A stretch of DNA of 64,000 nucleotides from a virus. Below the pieces are notes generated by a model, which searched no databases, was not told where the DNA came from, and saw nothing but the letters and a program-made list of their open reading frames with translations. Within the stretch, counting starts at the first letter, position 1; every line of letters starts with the position of its first letter. Positions 18,205 to 28,341 of this stretch are shown piece by piece. The DNA is taken from IMG/VR virus record IMGVR_UViG_3300047560_001581, positions 2,453-66,452 of that record. One strand, written 5' to 3'. A program made the translations under genes and the position numbers.

Positions 18205-18751
18205 CTACTTTAACTACTCTTAAACCTAAATGAACTTCCCAGAATACATTGTTGAAGTTCTCAATAACTTCAGTGATTTCTTCGTCTGACATTGTTTTAA
18301 AACGTTCTTCCCATTTGGGATAAAGTTTTTGTGTGACACCTAGAATCTCGTAATCAACGTCAAGTTTCAATCCGAACCCTGAACTAGAACCATATTGTGC
18401 AATGTGAGATAGGTTCTCTTTCTTACTAAACATTCTGAATTGATCCACTGTTAGTTTTCTGCAATGAGTGGGATCACCGAACCATATTTCACTTCTATGG
18501 TGAGGGAACTTAACGTCAATAACAGCGTCATGTTTACACACTCTGTATAGTTCTTGCATCAAACTAAAAAAGCCATTGCCTATGTGTTCTAGTACGTGGT
18601 GCGCTAATACTTCATCAACAGTGTTGTCAGGGATATCATCTAGTTTTAGATTTTCTAAATCTGCTAGATAATCCGGCTTGACCATTGGATCATGGTCAAC
18701 GTTATGATATCCGGGGATTCTAACATACCCCGATCCTATATTAAGTTTCAT
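18191..18751 (-). CDS. Class I SAM-dependent methyltransferase
   Basis: KLNIGSG, HHVLEH, ELYRVCK and DPTH motifs. Confidence 0.85.
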   Translation of the reverse strand: MKLNIGSGYVRIPGYHNVDHDPMVKPDYLADLENLKLDDIPDNTVDEVLAHHVLEHIGNGFFSLMQELYRVCKHDAVIDVKFPHHRSEIWFGDPTHCRKLTVDQFRMFSKKENLSHIAQYGSSSGFGLKLDVDYEILGVTQKLYPKWEERFKTMSDEEITEVIENFNNVFWEVHLGLRVVKVDAAI

Positions 18752-19259
18752 CTTTTTTACCTACCAATCTATAATACTGAACTAGCCCATCTTGTAAAGA
18801 ATGGAATAGCCAGGGCTTAAATATCACACCTTCATTTGGTTCTAATAAGATATTTGTATAACAGTCCCACTCCATCATGTTTCTGTAATTCCATTGATAA
18901 CCATCTAATGCAGTTTTTGCATTGACGATTCCGTAATCTTGTAAATGATGATAGAGATTGAATGTAGTTTTTTCTAATGCAATGATGAAGCACCACTCTT
19001 CCATAGATTCAAATGCCTCGAAATGAATACAGTTCATTGGTTTTCTAAAGATACCTGAACGAGATTCATCTGGTACAACCGGGTGACCTACTAGTTGTGT
19101 GAAGATTTGTTCAATGTCTGGAAATATGTAATTGAACTCGGGTATTTCCATACCGTAATCATTTTCAACAAACTGCATGTTATTAGCTACGTTTCTGATA
19201 CCTTCAACCTCTGAGGGTATAAAAAAGTTATCAGCATGAATAAGTTTAACCGGAGTCAT
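18741..19259 (-). CDS. 2OG-Fe(II) oxygenase-like protein (divergent)
   Basis: N-terminal DNFF, IHFE (HxD/E) and LFHS distal His of a DSBH fold. Confidence 0.5.
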   Translation of the reverse strand: MTPVKLIHADNFFIPSEVEGIRNVANNMQFVENDYGMEIPEFNYIFPDIEQIFTQLVGHPVVPDESRSGIFRKPMNCIHFEAFESMEEWCFIIALEKTTFNLYHHLQDYGIVNAKTALDGYQWNYRNMMEWDCYTNILLEPNEGVIFKPWLFHSLQDGLVQYYRLVGKKDET

Positions 19260-19260
19260 G

Positions 19261-20055
19261 TTACTCTAGAATCAACAATTCGTCATCAAATTTTTTAAAG
19301 AAATCCATCAATTCTCTACCTAACACAACCTTTGGATCATTGCTAGTTTTTGAAATAGAAGGTCTGATTTCGTGCAGGTCTTTAAATCCCCACATTTCAT
19401 CTTTAGTTTCTGCACAAGTGTTAACGATGTTATCAAACGTGTGCTGAAACTTAGGGATGCCTAAGAAATCATAAACTCTGTCTAATTCATTCTGCGGATT
19501 GTTAATAATGTCATCATATTCAACCACTAGAATGTTTTTTCTATGATTGGCAAGCCCATACTGCAATGAATGGTAGGGATCCGAAGCATAGTTATACCAC
19601 AGCATCATTGCACGATTGTATGTGTTACAATCTAAACCACGTTTACGCAAATCTTGGTCTACTGAGTTGTTTGGATCATTTGATATGAGTTTCAAGAAAC
19701 TACAAATACTGTCTGCAATAGGGCGATATGTACAAACAACCTTAGGATTCTCGTCTACGTATGTTTTTATTTGCGGGATGTTCTTAGGCCAACCTCTGTG
19801 TTTGTCGAATACGTATGGTTTGTCGATGTGCTTATAGAACGTAGGTGCCAATACTCGATGCAAATCATCGATTGATGTTTTCTTGTCATATGTATATTGA
19901 ACTGCTAACTTGTCATATGCTAGTTCAGTTAGACAAAAGATGTCCATTAAAGGACTAGTAGGGGAGACATATATATCAGGGTTTTGATTTAGCATCGAAC
20001 CCAAAAGAGTTGAGCCGGAACGTGCGATACCGGAAAGAAAAAATAACTGTTGCAT
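19261..20055 (-). CDS. PAPS-dependent sulfotransferase
   Basis: 5'-PSB loop GIARSGSTLL, FDKHR, 3'-PB RPIADSICS and VEYDD. Confidence 0.9.
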   Translation of the reverse strand: MQQLFFLSGIARSGSTLLGSMLNQNPDIYVSPTSPLMDIFCLTELAYDKLAVQYTYDKKTSIDDLHRVLAPTFYKHIDKPYVFDKHRGWPKNIPQIKTYVDENPKVVCTYRPIADSICSFLKLISNDPNNSVDQDLRKRGLDCNTYNRAMMLWYNYASDPYHSLQYGLANHRKNILVVEYDDIINNPQNELDRVYDFLGIPKFQHTFDNIVNTCAETKDEMWGFKDLHEIRPSISKTSNDPKVVLGRELMDFFKKFDDELLILE

Positions 20056-20062
20056 AGACAGC

Positions 20063-20070
20063 TATTTATA
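20063..20070 (-). promoter_or_regulatory. T4-type late promoter TATAAATA
   Basis: Perfect TATAAATA on the minus strand, 7 nt upstream of the sulfotransferase ATG. Confidence 0.65.
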
Positions 20071-20084
20071 AATCATCCCGATGT

Positions 20085-21266
20085 TTAAAATTTTAATGCT
20101 ATTGTGAAGTTATACCCAGCTTGCACTCTTGACCAGTTTGTGTTTGTACCTACTTGAGTTGGCGCTGACCTTACAGATGTGTCGCCCAAGCCTAACTGAC
20201 CGTTATTATTGTTACCCCATGTCCACAATGTACCATCAGTTTTAATCGCGGCAGTAAACCCAATCGTACCATTCCCGCCAGCTGATACTTGTTTCCAATT
20301 AGTACCTCCAGCATAAGTTTGTACTGGACTTGAATAATATGTTACGGTGTTGGTTCCCAATTGACCCTGATCGTTCCATCCCCAAGTCCACAAAGTACCA
20401 TCAGTTTTAATAGCGGCAGTGTGTCTATATCCACCTGACACTTGTTTCCAAGTAGTATCTGATCCTACTTTAGTAGGTGATGAGCGACTTGTATTGTCAC
20501 CCAACCCCAATGTGCCATTAGAATTATCTCCCCACACCCACAACGTACCATCTGTTTTTGTTGCTAAGAAACCCAAGACGTTAATTCCTGCTGATGCAAC
20601 GGACCTCCATGTTGTTCCACCTGCGATAGTTTGTACCGGGCTAGACTTTGATGTAGTAGTATTATCACCTAGTGCACCGTTGTTTCCTCGACCCCAAGTC
20701 CACAATGTGCCATCAGTTTTAATAGCAGCAGTAGTTACACCGCCTGCAGTTGCAGTTCTCCAGTTGTTTCCACCTGCAACAGTTTGTATGGGACTAGAAT
20801 AATATGTTCTAGTGTTGTTACCTAATTGGCCGTAAGCATTATTACCCCATAACCACAATGTTCCGTCTGTTTTCAATCCAGCTGCTGACCTCGTAGTAAT
20901 GCCGGTAAAAACATCTTTCCAGTTTGTTGTTGCTGATACTGTTTGACCTGGACTGGATCTATCAACTGTGCCGTTGTTTGCTAACATGCCGTCAGCACCT
21001 CTGCCCCAAGACCATAAGGTACCGTCATTTCGTATACCATATGCTGTTAATGAAGCTACCCCGATTTTCATCCAGTTAGTACCATACCCTACGTTTTGCA
21101 CTGGACTTGATTTTGTACCAGTTGTATTGTCACCTACTTGGCCGAAGCTGTTATACCCCCATCCCCATAATGTAGTGCCGAGTATGTATTCTCTGCGAAC
21201 AAAGAAATCATCAAAGTTATATCCAAAGTTAGAACCAGATTGTGATATTTTATAATTAGTAGACAT
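20085..21266 (-). CDS. RCC1/BLIP-II repeat beta-propeller protein
   Basis: About 7 repeats of AIKTDGTLWxWGxNxxGQLG...SSPVQ. Confidence 0.92.
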   Translation of the reverse strand: MSTNYKISQSGSNFGYNFDDFFVRREYILGTTLWGWGYNSFGQVGDNTTGTKSSPVQNVGYGTNWMKIGVASLTAYGIRNDGTLWSWGRGADGMLANNGTVDRSSPGQTVSATTNWKDVFTGITTRSAAGLKTDGTLWLWGNNAYGQLGNNTRTYYSSPIQTVAGGNNWRTATAGGVTTAAIKTDGTLWTWGRGNNGALGDNTTTSKSSPVQTIAGGTTWRSVASAGINVLGFLATKTDGTLWVWGDNSNGTLGLGDNTSRSSPTKVGSDTTWKQVSGGYRHTAAIKTDGTLWTWGWNDQGQLGTNTVTYYSSPVQTYAGGTNWKQVSAGGNGTIGFTAAIKTDGTLWTWGNNNNGQLGLGDTSVRSAPTQVGTNTNWSRVQAGYNFTIALKF

Positions 21267-22510
21267 TAGAACGACCCCGTAACATCATCATTAATAAATG
21301 TGTTATCACATATTCCAACCATGAAACAATTCAATGAGCCACCGCCCATGGCTATTGATTTCCATGTTTGTATACCACCTGAATTGAACGGTACCGTCTT
21401 CTGGTTTGATGAATAATCTCCGAATTCACCATATGTGTTTTTGCCCCAGCAGTATAACCACCCGTTAGTAGTAATACCCATCATGCTAATATCACCTGTT
21501 TGTGCTACGGTATACCACGTAGTCCATGCGCCCACTTGAGTAGGAGTTGAACGAGTAGTTAAATCACCTTGACCTAATTGATATCCTGCATTTTTGCCCC
21601 ATGTCCATAGTGTACCGTCTGTTTTAATGCCTGCACTTGCTTGTAAGCCAGGTGCAATAGTTTTCCAGTTAGTACCGCCGCCGGCAATTTGTACTGGACT
21701 AGAATATTTTGTAGTATTGCCGGTACCTAATTGATAGTTTGTATTATCTCCCCAAACCCACAATTGGTTAGACGAGTTGATAGCCATTGACACATCGCCG
21801 CCGCCCATTGAAGTCGAGTAGACTTTTGTCCAAGTTGTCAATAAGCCAATTTGCACCGGACTTGACTTACCAACTACAGTACCGTCACCGAGTTGACCGT
21901 TTGTGTTTAGCCCCCATGACCACATTGTACCGTTAGTCTTAATTGCCAGTGCATGTTGAGGGCCGCATGCTATCATTTTCCACGTAGTGCCTGCAGCAAT
22001 AGTTTGTATCGGAGAAGATGTACCAGTTAAACTGTTATTACCAAGTTGTCCGGATGCACTGCTACCCCACATCCAAAGAGTACTATCAGCAGCTATACCG
22101 CCAGAGAACGATGCGCCGGCTGAAACTTGTCTCCATGTCGTTAATGCGCCAATTTGAATAGGACTTGAGTAAGAAGTAGTATTGCCACTACCTAAATGAC
22201 CCACTGAGTTATATCCCCACCCCCACAATGTGCCATCTGTTTTGATAGCCATAACATGAGAAGATCCAGCTGCAACTTGTTTCCAGTTTGCGCCGCCTGC
22301 TACTGTCTGTACTGGGCTAGAATACTTAGTACCGTTAGTGTTGTTACCAAGCTGCCCGTTTGTATTATCGCCGGACAACCACAACCCTGCCATCTTATTG
22401 ACGTTGTTCATTTCAGGATATCTATCCAAAATGAATTCTTTGGTAATCAATGACTTACCAATATCTACCCCGTTAACTTGAAAGCCTGTGAGTTGTACGC
22501 CTAGTGCCAT
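21266..22510 (-). CDS. RCC1/BLIP-II repeat beta-propeller protein
   Basis: About 7 RCC1 repeats; TAATG coupling to the next gene. Confidence 0.92.
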   Translation of the reverse strand: MALGVQLTGFQVNGVDIGKSLITKEFILDRYPEMNNVNKMAGLWLSGDNTNGQLGNNTNGTKYSSPVQTVAGGANWKQVAAGSSHVMAIKTDGTLWGWGYNSVGHLGSGNTTSYSSPIQIGALTTWRQVSAGASFSGGIAADSTLWMWGSSASGQLGNNSLTGTSSPIQTIAAGTTWKMIACGPQHALAIKTNGTMWSWGLNTNGQLGDGTVVGKSSPVQIGLLTTWTKVYSTSMGGGDVSMAINSSNQLWVWGDNTNYQLGTGNTTKYSSPVQIAGGGTNWKTIAPGLQASAGIKTDGTLWTWGKNAGYQLGQGDLTTRSTPTQVGAWTTWYTVAQTGDISMMGITTNGWLYCWGKNTYGEFGDYSSNQKTVPFNSGGIQTWKSIAMGGGSLNCFMVGICDNTFINDDVTGSF

Positions 22511-22512
22511 CT

Positions 22513-23136
22513 TTAATTTCTCAGGTCAATAGATTCTATATTCTCTAATGTTGCATTAGAAATTTCTGTGTTCTTCATAACTTCCCAATCGAAACATGAT
22601 TGGATATGTTGGGTAATAGCAGTGAAGATTGTCTGTATATCAGTATCAGTCAATATAATCCAATGGTCTTGGTCTATTTTCCAATTTAACTGAGTAATAC
22701 CCGACGTGACATATTGATGAAACATGCTACGTGATGCATCGTCTGTACTAAATGTGTAGGTTGTACCGTTTATTTCTACATCAATAAATGTAGTTTGCTT
22801 TTGCCAACGGACGTTCGCTACTGAGTTACGCAATGTATTCTTTATACCTTCTAACGGAAGCTGCACTACTTGCCATGATGAAATTGCTACAGTATCAGTG
22901 AACTCATAAAAAGGTCCTGATAACTGCTCTGTGATGATATTATAATTTGGCGGAAGTTCTTGTTGTACTGGATAAACGATAATATCTTCTGAGACATGAA
23001 CTACATCCATGTTGTCATTAGTCCACTCGAACACATATTGGATGCCACAATCTTCTTCAATGACTTCCGTGAATCTTCTTGGATGCCAGCGCATCGGTCC
23101 TAAAATAACATTTCCCTGATATACAATTACAAACAT
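22513..23136 (-). CDS. Tail-fibre-associated protein (DUF4376-like C-terminus)
   Basis: C-terminal RWQK..FSTDDASR..NWK..HIQSCFDWE pattern; lies among tip genes. Confidence 0.6.
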   Translation of the reverse strand: MFVIVYQGNVILGPMRWHPRRFTEVIEEDCGIQYVFEWTNDNMDVVHVSEDIIVYPVQQELPPNYNIITEQLSGPFYEFTDTVAISSWQVVQLPLEGIKNTLRNSVANVRWQKQTTFIDVEINGTTYTFSTDDASRSMFHQYVTSGITQLNWKIDQDHWIILTDTDIQTIFTAITQHIQSCFDWEVMKNTEISNATLENIESIDLRN

Positions 23137-23150
23137 ATTATCCCTCTAGC

Positions 23151-24377
23151 TTATTTATTTGGATACAAGTTATAAGGATCAGAATAACAGATAGCAGCGG
23201 CGTGATTGTAACCGGTAGTCACATGTTTCCAATTAGTTCCACCGCATGCGGTTTGTACAGGTGTAGACACACTAGACGCTGTTCCTTGACCAACATATCC
23301 ACCAGTACCGCGACCCCACATCCATAATGTACCATCTGCTTTTACTGCACCATGTGAATAATTCCCGTTACCTCTACCAATTCTTTTCCAGTTAGTGCTC
23401 AATGTAGCTTCTTGAACCGGAGTATACTTATCAGTTGATGTACCATCGGGAACCATAAGAACAGTGGCTGCTCTCCCCCACGCCCATAGTGTACCGTCTT
23501 TTTTAATACCATACATTGCTTGGTTTCCACTACCGATTGATCGCCATGCATACGGATCAGTTCCTGCCATAACTTGTGTGGGCGTTGATCGAGTAGTAAC
23601 GTCACCGTGCCCAGTCTGACCATATGCTGCTCCTCCCCATGTCCATAGCGATCCATCTGCTTTAATAGCACCCATATATGGACTTGAACTAGTACTATTG
23701 GATACTACAGTTTTCCAAGTATTACCACCTAGTATTGTTTGTACTGCACTTGATTGTGCAGTAGTGTTACCAGTACCTAATTGATATGTACCATTGGCTC
23801 CCCAGACCCACAGTGTGCCATCATTTTTAATTGCACCAACACTCACACCACCTGCTGACACATACTTCCAAGTACTACCGCCTGCAAGTGTTTGTACTGG
23901 ACTTGAATATGAGGTAGCTGTACCTGTTACACCTAGCTGCGGCCCAGCTTGACCCCATGTCCACAAAGTACCATCTGTTTTGATACCTATAGAATAGTAT
24001 AAAGTGCCGCCGCCTGCTGCGACCATCGCCCAGTTAGTGTTAGTTCCAACTTGCATAGGTGATGAGTAGTTAGTGATGTTACTTAATCCTAATTCACCTA
24101 CTAGATTATACCCCCATGCCCATAGTGTACCGTTTGATTTAATCCCGAGCGTATATTTGGCGCCAGCCGCAACGTATGACCAGTTGTTACCCAATGATAC
24201 AGTCTGTACAGGACTCGACACTGATGCAATTGCATTGTTCCCAAATGCACCATACGCATTGTTCCCCCACATCCATAATGTTCCACTGGTACTCTGTGCA
24301 TCAACTGCATCATAATCTGTTATGTTTAAAAAAATATCTTCTAAGTCACCATCCGGTGAAAGAAATTTACCTGACAT
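23151..24377 (-). CDS. RCC1/BLIP-II repeat beta-propeller protein
   Basis: About 7 RCC1 repeats (GIKxDGTLWxWG). Confidence 0.92.
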   Translation of the reverse strand: MSGKFLSPDGDLEDIFLNITDYDAVDAQSTSGTLWMWGNNAYGAFGNNAIASVSSPVQTVSLGNNWSYVAAGAKYTLGIKSNGTLWAWGYNLVGELGLSNITNYSSPMQVGTNTNWAMVAAGGGTLYYSIGIKTDGTLWTWGQAGPQLGVTGTATSYSSPVQTLAGGSTWKYVSAGGVSVGAIKNDGTLWVWGANGTYQLGTGNTTAQSSAVQTILGGNTWKTVVSNSTSSSPYMGAIKADGSLWTWGGAAYGQTGHGDVTTRSTPTQVMAGTDPYAWRSIGSGNQAMYGIKKDGTLWAWGRAATVLMVPDGTSTDKYTPVQEATLSTNWKRIGRGNGNYSHGAVKADGTLWMWGRGTGGYVGQGTASSVSTPVQTACGGTNWKHVTTGYNHAAAICYSDPYNLYPNK

Positions 24378-25629
24378 TTTCTATCCTTGTAACACGTTGT
24401 TCTAATTCATTAATAGCTTCAACTACAAGGCCCATGACACCGTTATAGTTCAATGACAATAATCCTGTTTCAGGATTAAACTTTACTGCTTCCGGTAATA
24501 TTTTCTGTACTTGTTGTGCTAACAAACCTGCACTAGGTTCATTACTATCTACTAGCATATACGTATAACCACCTAATGTAGATAGTTTTTCTAATGCGTT
24601 TAATATTCTTTCTTTATCAGTCTTTACGGTTTCATCTGACAATGAGTTGAATATAGTAGCGTTCAGTGTACCGTTAGTTGGATAGAAGTAAAGTTTAGTA
24701 GTTGAAACGTTGGCAGCAGATAACGTACCGGATGTGGTAGTCGATATAATCGGATAGTACGCACTACCTGATGCTGTTTCGTTAGTGATAGTGGCGCCGC
24801 CACCGGCGCCGCCTGTTGCCCATGATAAGTTACCAGCACCGTCTGTACTTAATACTTGACCTGAAGAGCCACCGGTAATTTTAATGTTTGCATTAGAACC
24901 TAAACTTACGTTACTTGCTGTAGTAAAATTAACAGTACCTGTTGTCGTAAATCCGTTTGTAACGCTTAGTACCCCGTTACCGTTGTATAATCTTGCTTTG
25001 ATATTGCCTGACAAGAATCCACCGGTGGCAAAAACAATATCATTAGTTGTTCCACCAGTGCCAGTAGCAAATACTAAGTTACCACCTAAGCCTGCGCCTG
25101 TAACTGCGTTTGCAAAAACATAACCATCGTTCTTACCCGTCACTGTATAGTTTGCGTCACTGAAGTTTGACCCAGTAAAGCCCATATCGACCCAACCTGA
25201 TGCATCAGTACCGTTGTCTCCGTATGCCGCAAAGTCAGCAGAGCCTGCGTTACTTGAGTTGACTGCACCGATTTGAATATATGTTGCGGCTGCATCTTTA
25301 GCAATGATAGTTGGATTAGATAATCCAGTTGCGTTTGCACCTGTACCTACATACAAGTCTGATGCCACCATGATGTTACCTGCAGTGATGTTACCTGTAT
25401 ATGTAGGTAGATATGCTGCTACATTTGAGTTAGCATATGATACTGGTGCACCGCTGAATGAGCCATTACCGTATAAAATGTTACTACCATTACCGTCTAA
25501 GTTGACAGTTACAATGTTGCCTAAACTTGTAGCATTACGAGTCCAGCTGTTGGTAGCACTGGCGTATGTATATGTTATACCGCCTACTGTTGCTGTTTGA
25601 CTATTTACTGGTGAACTTGGGAATGCCAT
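24367..25629 (-). CDS. Tail fibre with C-terminal intramolecular chaperone (peptidase S74)
   Basis: SDETVK autocleavage motif, GLLAQQVQKILPEAV and LNYNGVMGLVVEAINEL coiled coil. Confidence 0.85.
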   Translation of the reverse strand: MAFPSSPVNSQTATVGGITYTYASATNSWTRNATSLGNIVTVNLDGNGSNILYGNGSFSGAPVSYANSNVAAYLPTYTGNITAGNIMVASDLYVGTGANATGLSNPTIIAKDAAATYIQIGAVNSSNAGSADFAAYGDNGTDASGWVDMGFTGSNFSDANYTVTGKNDGYVFANAVTGAGLGGNLVFATGTGGTTNDIVFATGGFLSGNIKARLYNGNGVLSVTNGFTTTGTVNFTTASNVSLGSNANIKITGGSSGQVLSTDGAGNLSWATGGAGGGATITNETASGSAYYPIISTTTSGTLSAANVSTTKLYFYPTNGTLNATIFNSLSDETVKTDKERILNALEKLSTLGGYTYMLVDSNEPSAGLLAQQVQKILPEAVKFNPETGLLSLNYNGVMGLVVEAINELEQRVTRIENVR

Positions 25630-25635
25630 TTTATT

Positions 25636-25652
25636 ACCTTATTATATATTTA
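25636..25652 (-). promoter_or_regulatory. Conserved late-promoter/RBS leader TAAATATATAATAAGGT
   Basis: Identical 17-mer at 36284-36300 and a one-mismatch copy at 47138-47154, each before a fibre gene. Confidence 0.6.
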
Positions 25653-26528
25653 TTGGAACAAGTATCTAATGATTACAATGCCCGACCCACCTGCACCTGA
25701 TAACCCGCTTGATTGACTGGCTCCGCCCCCGCCATCACCTTTATTGGTTGCACCGTTAATTGCAGTACCTGATGTGTCGCTAGCATTACTAGCTGAATAT
25801 GTTACACTTGAACCAGAAATACTACTAGCCCTGCCTGGCGCGCCTGATGACGGAGGGACATTTATATCACCATTGCCGCCAGCACCGCCACCGCATACGG
25901 TTTGTTGTGAATAATTAGTTGACCATGCTCTATAGCCTTGTCTAGGAGAAATTACCGATTCTGCGGGATTTCCTATCCAAGTGCCACTGCTGTACCCGTG
26001 ACCTCCACTAGAGCCACCACTACCTGGATCTCCTGCAGCAGTAGATGCTCTCGCTCCACCACCGCCACCGATAGAAGTTACACTATAACTACCGGACTTT
26101 ACAATTGATGAATTTCCACCGTTACTGCCCTTGTTGCTACCTGTTCCCTTTGCACCGCCGGCGCCTACTGTTACAGTAAAAACATCACTGCTATTAACAT
26201 ATATTCTTGCACCTGAAAAGTCTGCACCTACTGTCTGTGCTGCATAACTTTCTAAAAATCCTCCCGCACCGCCGCCGCCAAGGTGAGAGTTTGTACCGGG
26301 CATGTCTCCACCGCCACCTCCGCCCCCTGCAATAATCAAATATTCAATTGCTTTGTTTACTCCAGCAGTGACAGTAAAGGTACCTGAAGATAAAAATGTA
26401 TGAACTGTATAGTTCCCCACTGTAGTGACAGTGCCTGTACTAGTAGCGGTGATAAAGGCAGGTACACTTACTACTGGATTCGTAGTAGATGACGTTAAAG
26501 TTTGTGCGCCTGCACGTTTATATGCCAT
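25650..26528 (-). CDS. Glycine-rich adhesin-like tip protein
   Basis: HTFLSSGTF, YLIIAGGGGGG, repeated GGGG motifs and C-terminal GGSGIVIIRY. Confidence 0.7.
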   Translation of the reverse strand: MAYKRAGAQTLTSSTTNPVVSVPAFITATSTGTVTTVGNYTVHTFLSSGTFTVTAGVNKAIEYLIIAGGGGGGGDMPGTNSHLGGGGAGGFLESYAAQTVGADFSGARIYVNSSDVFTVTVGAGGAKGTGSNKGSNGGNSSIVKSGSYSVTSIGGGGGARASTAAGDPGSGGSSGGHGYSSGTWIGNPAESVISPRQGYRAWSTNYSQQTVCGGGAGGNGDINVPPSSGAPGRASSISGSSVTYSASNASDTSGTAINGATNKGDGGGGASQSSGLSGAGGSGIVIIRYLFQ

Positions 26529-26857
26529 TAACTAATCTCCGTACCGAATAAACTAAAGCTAACGTTACCTGTGTTTGCGTATACTTTTACTACATCTGTT
26601 GTAGCTAACGTGATGCCTAGTGTCATTGCAATACTATCATTAGCTGGTAAGTTAGTATCATATGTTAGATAATGTACGTTCGCTAATGCTGCACCGGCTG
26701 GGCACACTGCAACTCTAACAGTTACATTAGACGCTGATAAATTACAAATGTTCAATGTAGATGCAATTGCACTTGTACTTGACGGTACAGTGTACAATGT
26801 TGTTGCTGTTGTTGCTGCTGGGTTTTGTTGCCCCAAGACTTTATAGATTGTTCCCAT
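26528..26857 (-). CDS. Small beta-sandwich adaptor (YKVLGQ family)
   Basis: Clear paralog of 48097..48426 (YKVLGQxNPAATT...SFSLFGxEI). Confidence 0.6.
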   Translation of the reverse strand: MGTIYKVLGQQNPAATTATTLYTVPSSTSAIASTLNICNLSASNVTVRVAVCPAGAALANVHYLTYDTNLPANDSIAMTLGITLATTDVVKVYANTGNVSFSLFGTEIS

Positions 26858-26858
26858 A

Positions 26859-27944
26859 TTAAATTCCTAAAAATACGAATGGATGAGGTATGACCGGCAC
26901 TGGTGCAGTAGATAAAGTCGGTGATTGTACATCAACCCAATAACTTGTAGTACCGTCGTTTACATATTCATACAACACACCTGTTGATGTATTGTACCAT
27001 TGGTCTGCTACGTTTGCTGATCCTGGCGGTGTAGTAGCCGCAGTATAAGTTAAACTTGAACCACTACCACCTGAAACAGTAGCCCATGACAATGTGCCCG
27101 AACCATCAGTCTTTAAATATTGACCACTAGAGCCACCTGATACATGCAAGTTAGCGACCGGTACAGTGAGATTACCCGGAGATAAGTTTCCAGTGTATGT
27201 AGGTAAGTATGTTGCTACGTTACTATCACCGTATGTGCTACCGCCGCCACCTGACACAGTAGTCCAACTTAACCCACCTGAGCCGTTAGTAGTCAATACT
27301 TGCCCAGTAGTTCCGCCGGTTATTGTTACGTTACCGACTGCACCAAAGTTACTAGTACCTGATACAGTCAGTGTAGTTAGAGTACCAACACTAGTAATGT
27401 TTGGCTGTGCCGCAGTATATACAGTACCTGCAACTAATGCGTTCCCTACTTGTCCTGTTACGTTAGCACCTGCAATTGCACTCAATCCGTTGCCTGCGCC
27501 TACAAAGTAGTTTGCAGATATAACGTTTGCACCGGTGATGTTACCACCCGACCCTCCACCTGTACTAATATTACCAGATGTGATTAAATTACCGACTGTT
27601 GCATTACCTGTAACAGTTACAGAACTCAAAGTACCAACTGATGTAATATTAGGCTGTGCCGCAGTATATACTGTGCCTGCAACTAATGCGTTCCCTACTT
27701 GTCCTGTTACATTAGCTCCTGCCACGGAATTGGCGGTGGTCGCATATGCAACAGCACCAGTAACGTTACTGCCTGTAATTGATGTTAGTAAACTACCATT
27801 ACCCGAGAAGAAGTTAGAAGTTGTTAAGTTACCTAAATTTGCGTTACCCGCAGTAACATTACCAGTACCAACCGACACGTTGGCAAACGTGTAACCCTGA
27901 GTGGTATCCAAGTTAAAAGGTTGTATTAGAGTAATGTTATCCAT
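26859..27944 (-). CDS. Tail fibre shaft protein
   Basis: Two AQPNITSVGTL modules, GQxLxTxGSGxLSW knobs, a WYNTSTGVLYEY domain and C-terminal PHPFVFLGI. Confidence 0.7.
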   Translation of the reverse strand: MDNITLIQPFNLDTTQGYTFANVSVGTGNVTAGNANLGNLTTSNFFSGNGSLLTSITGSNVTGAVAYATTANSVAGANVTGQVGNALVAGTVYTAAQPNITSVGTLSSVTVTGNATVGNLITSGNISTGGGSGGNITGANVISANYFVGAGNGLSAIAGANVTGQVGNALVAGTVYTAAQPNITSVGTLTTLTVSGTSNFGAVGNVTITGGTTGQVLTTNGSGGLSWTTVSGGGGSTYGDSNVATYLPTYTGNLSPGNLTVPVANLHVSGGSSGQYLKTDGSGTLSWATVSGGSGSSLTYTAATTPPGSANVADQWYNTSTGVLYEYVNDGTTSYWVDVQSPTLSTAPVPVIPHPFVFLGI

Positions 27945-27957
27945 GATTTAGTATTTA

Positions 27958-28317
27958 TTATTGCGGTTCTTGATACTCTACCCAACTAGTAGTAGCTTCA
28001 TCCCAATTGTACATCTTACCGTCATCTGGTTTAGCAACAGGTGCGTCCCATTGACATGTATCTTCATTGATTACCCAGCTATCGAATGGCTTGGGTGGAA
28101 TAAATGCATCACGCTGGCTATCGTATGTATAACCGATTCCTGCATAATTCTTACGCAATGGTGTACCACCTAATTTGTGTACACCACCATATGTATTGTA
28201 ACTAGTTTGAACGAATGAACTCGGTTCACCGAACAGACCGGTATCCACCACGTCTTGCTCAATGACAAGAACTTGTGTTACGATGTTGTTTTCATCAATT
28301 TGTGCGAAATGTGACAT
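27958..28317 (-). CDS. Small tail-associated protein (MSHFAQID family)
   Basis: QTSYN, LRKNYAGIGYTYD..RDAFIPPKP and WDAPV motifs; follows a Gly-rich gene; RBS AAAGGA. Confidence 0.6.
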   Translation of the reverse strand: MSHFAQIDENNIVTQVLVIEQDVVDTGLFGEPSSFVQTSYNTYGGVHKLGGTPLRKNYAGIGYTYDSQRDAFIPPKPFDSWVINEDTCQWDAPVAKPDDGKMYNWDEATTSWVEYQEPQ

Positions 28318-28341
28318 TGTTGTTTCCTTTATAAATTGTAT

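Noticed and set aside
20085-24377. Eukaryotic or giant-virus origin suggested by RCC1 repeats
   Set aside because: SD sequences, translational coupling, a peptidoglycan hydrolase, an S74 fibre and bacterial-type class Ia RNR all indicate a bacteriophage.
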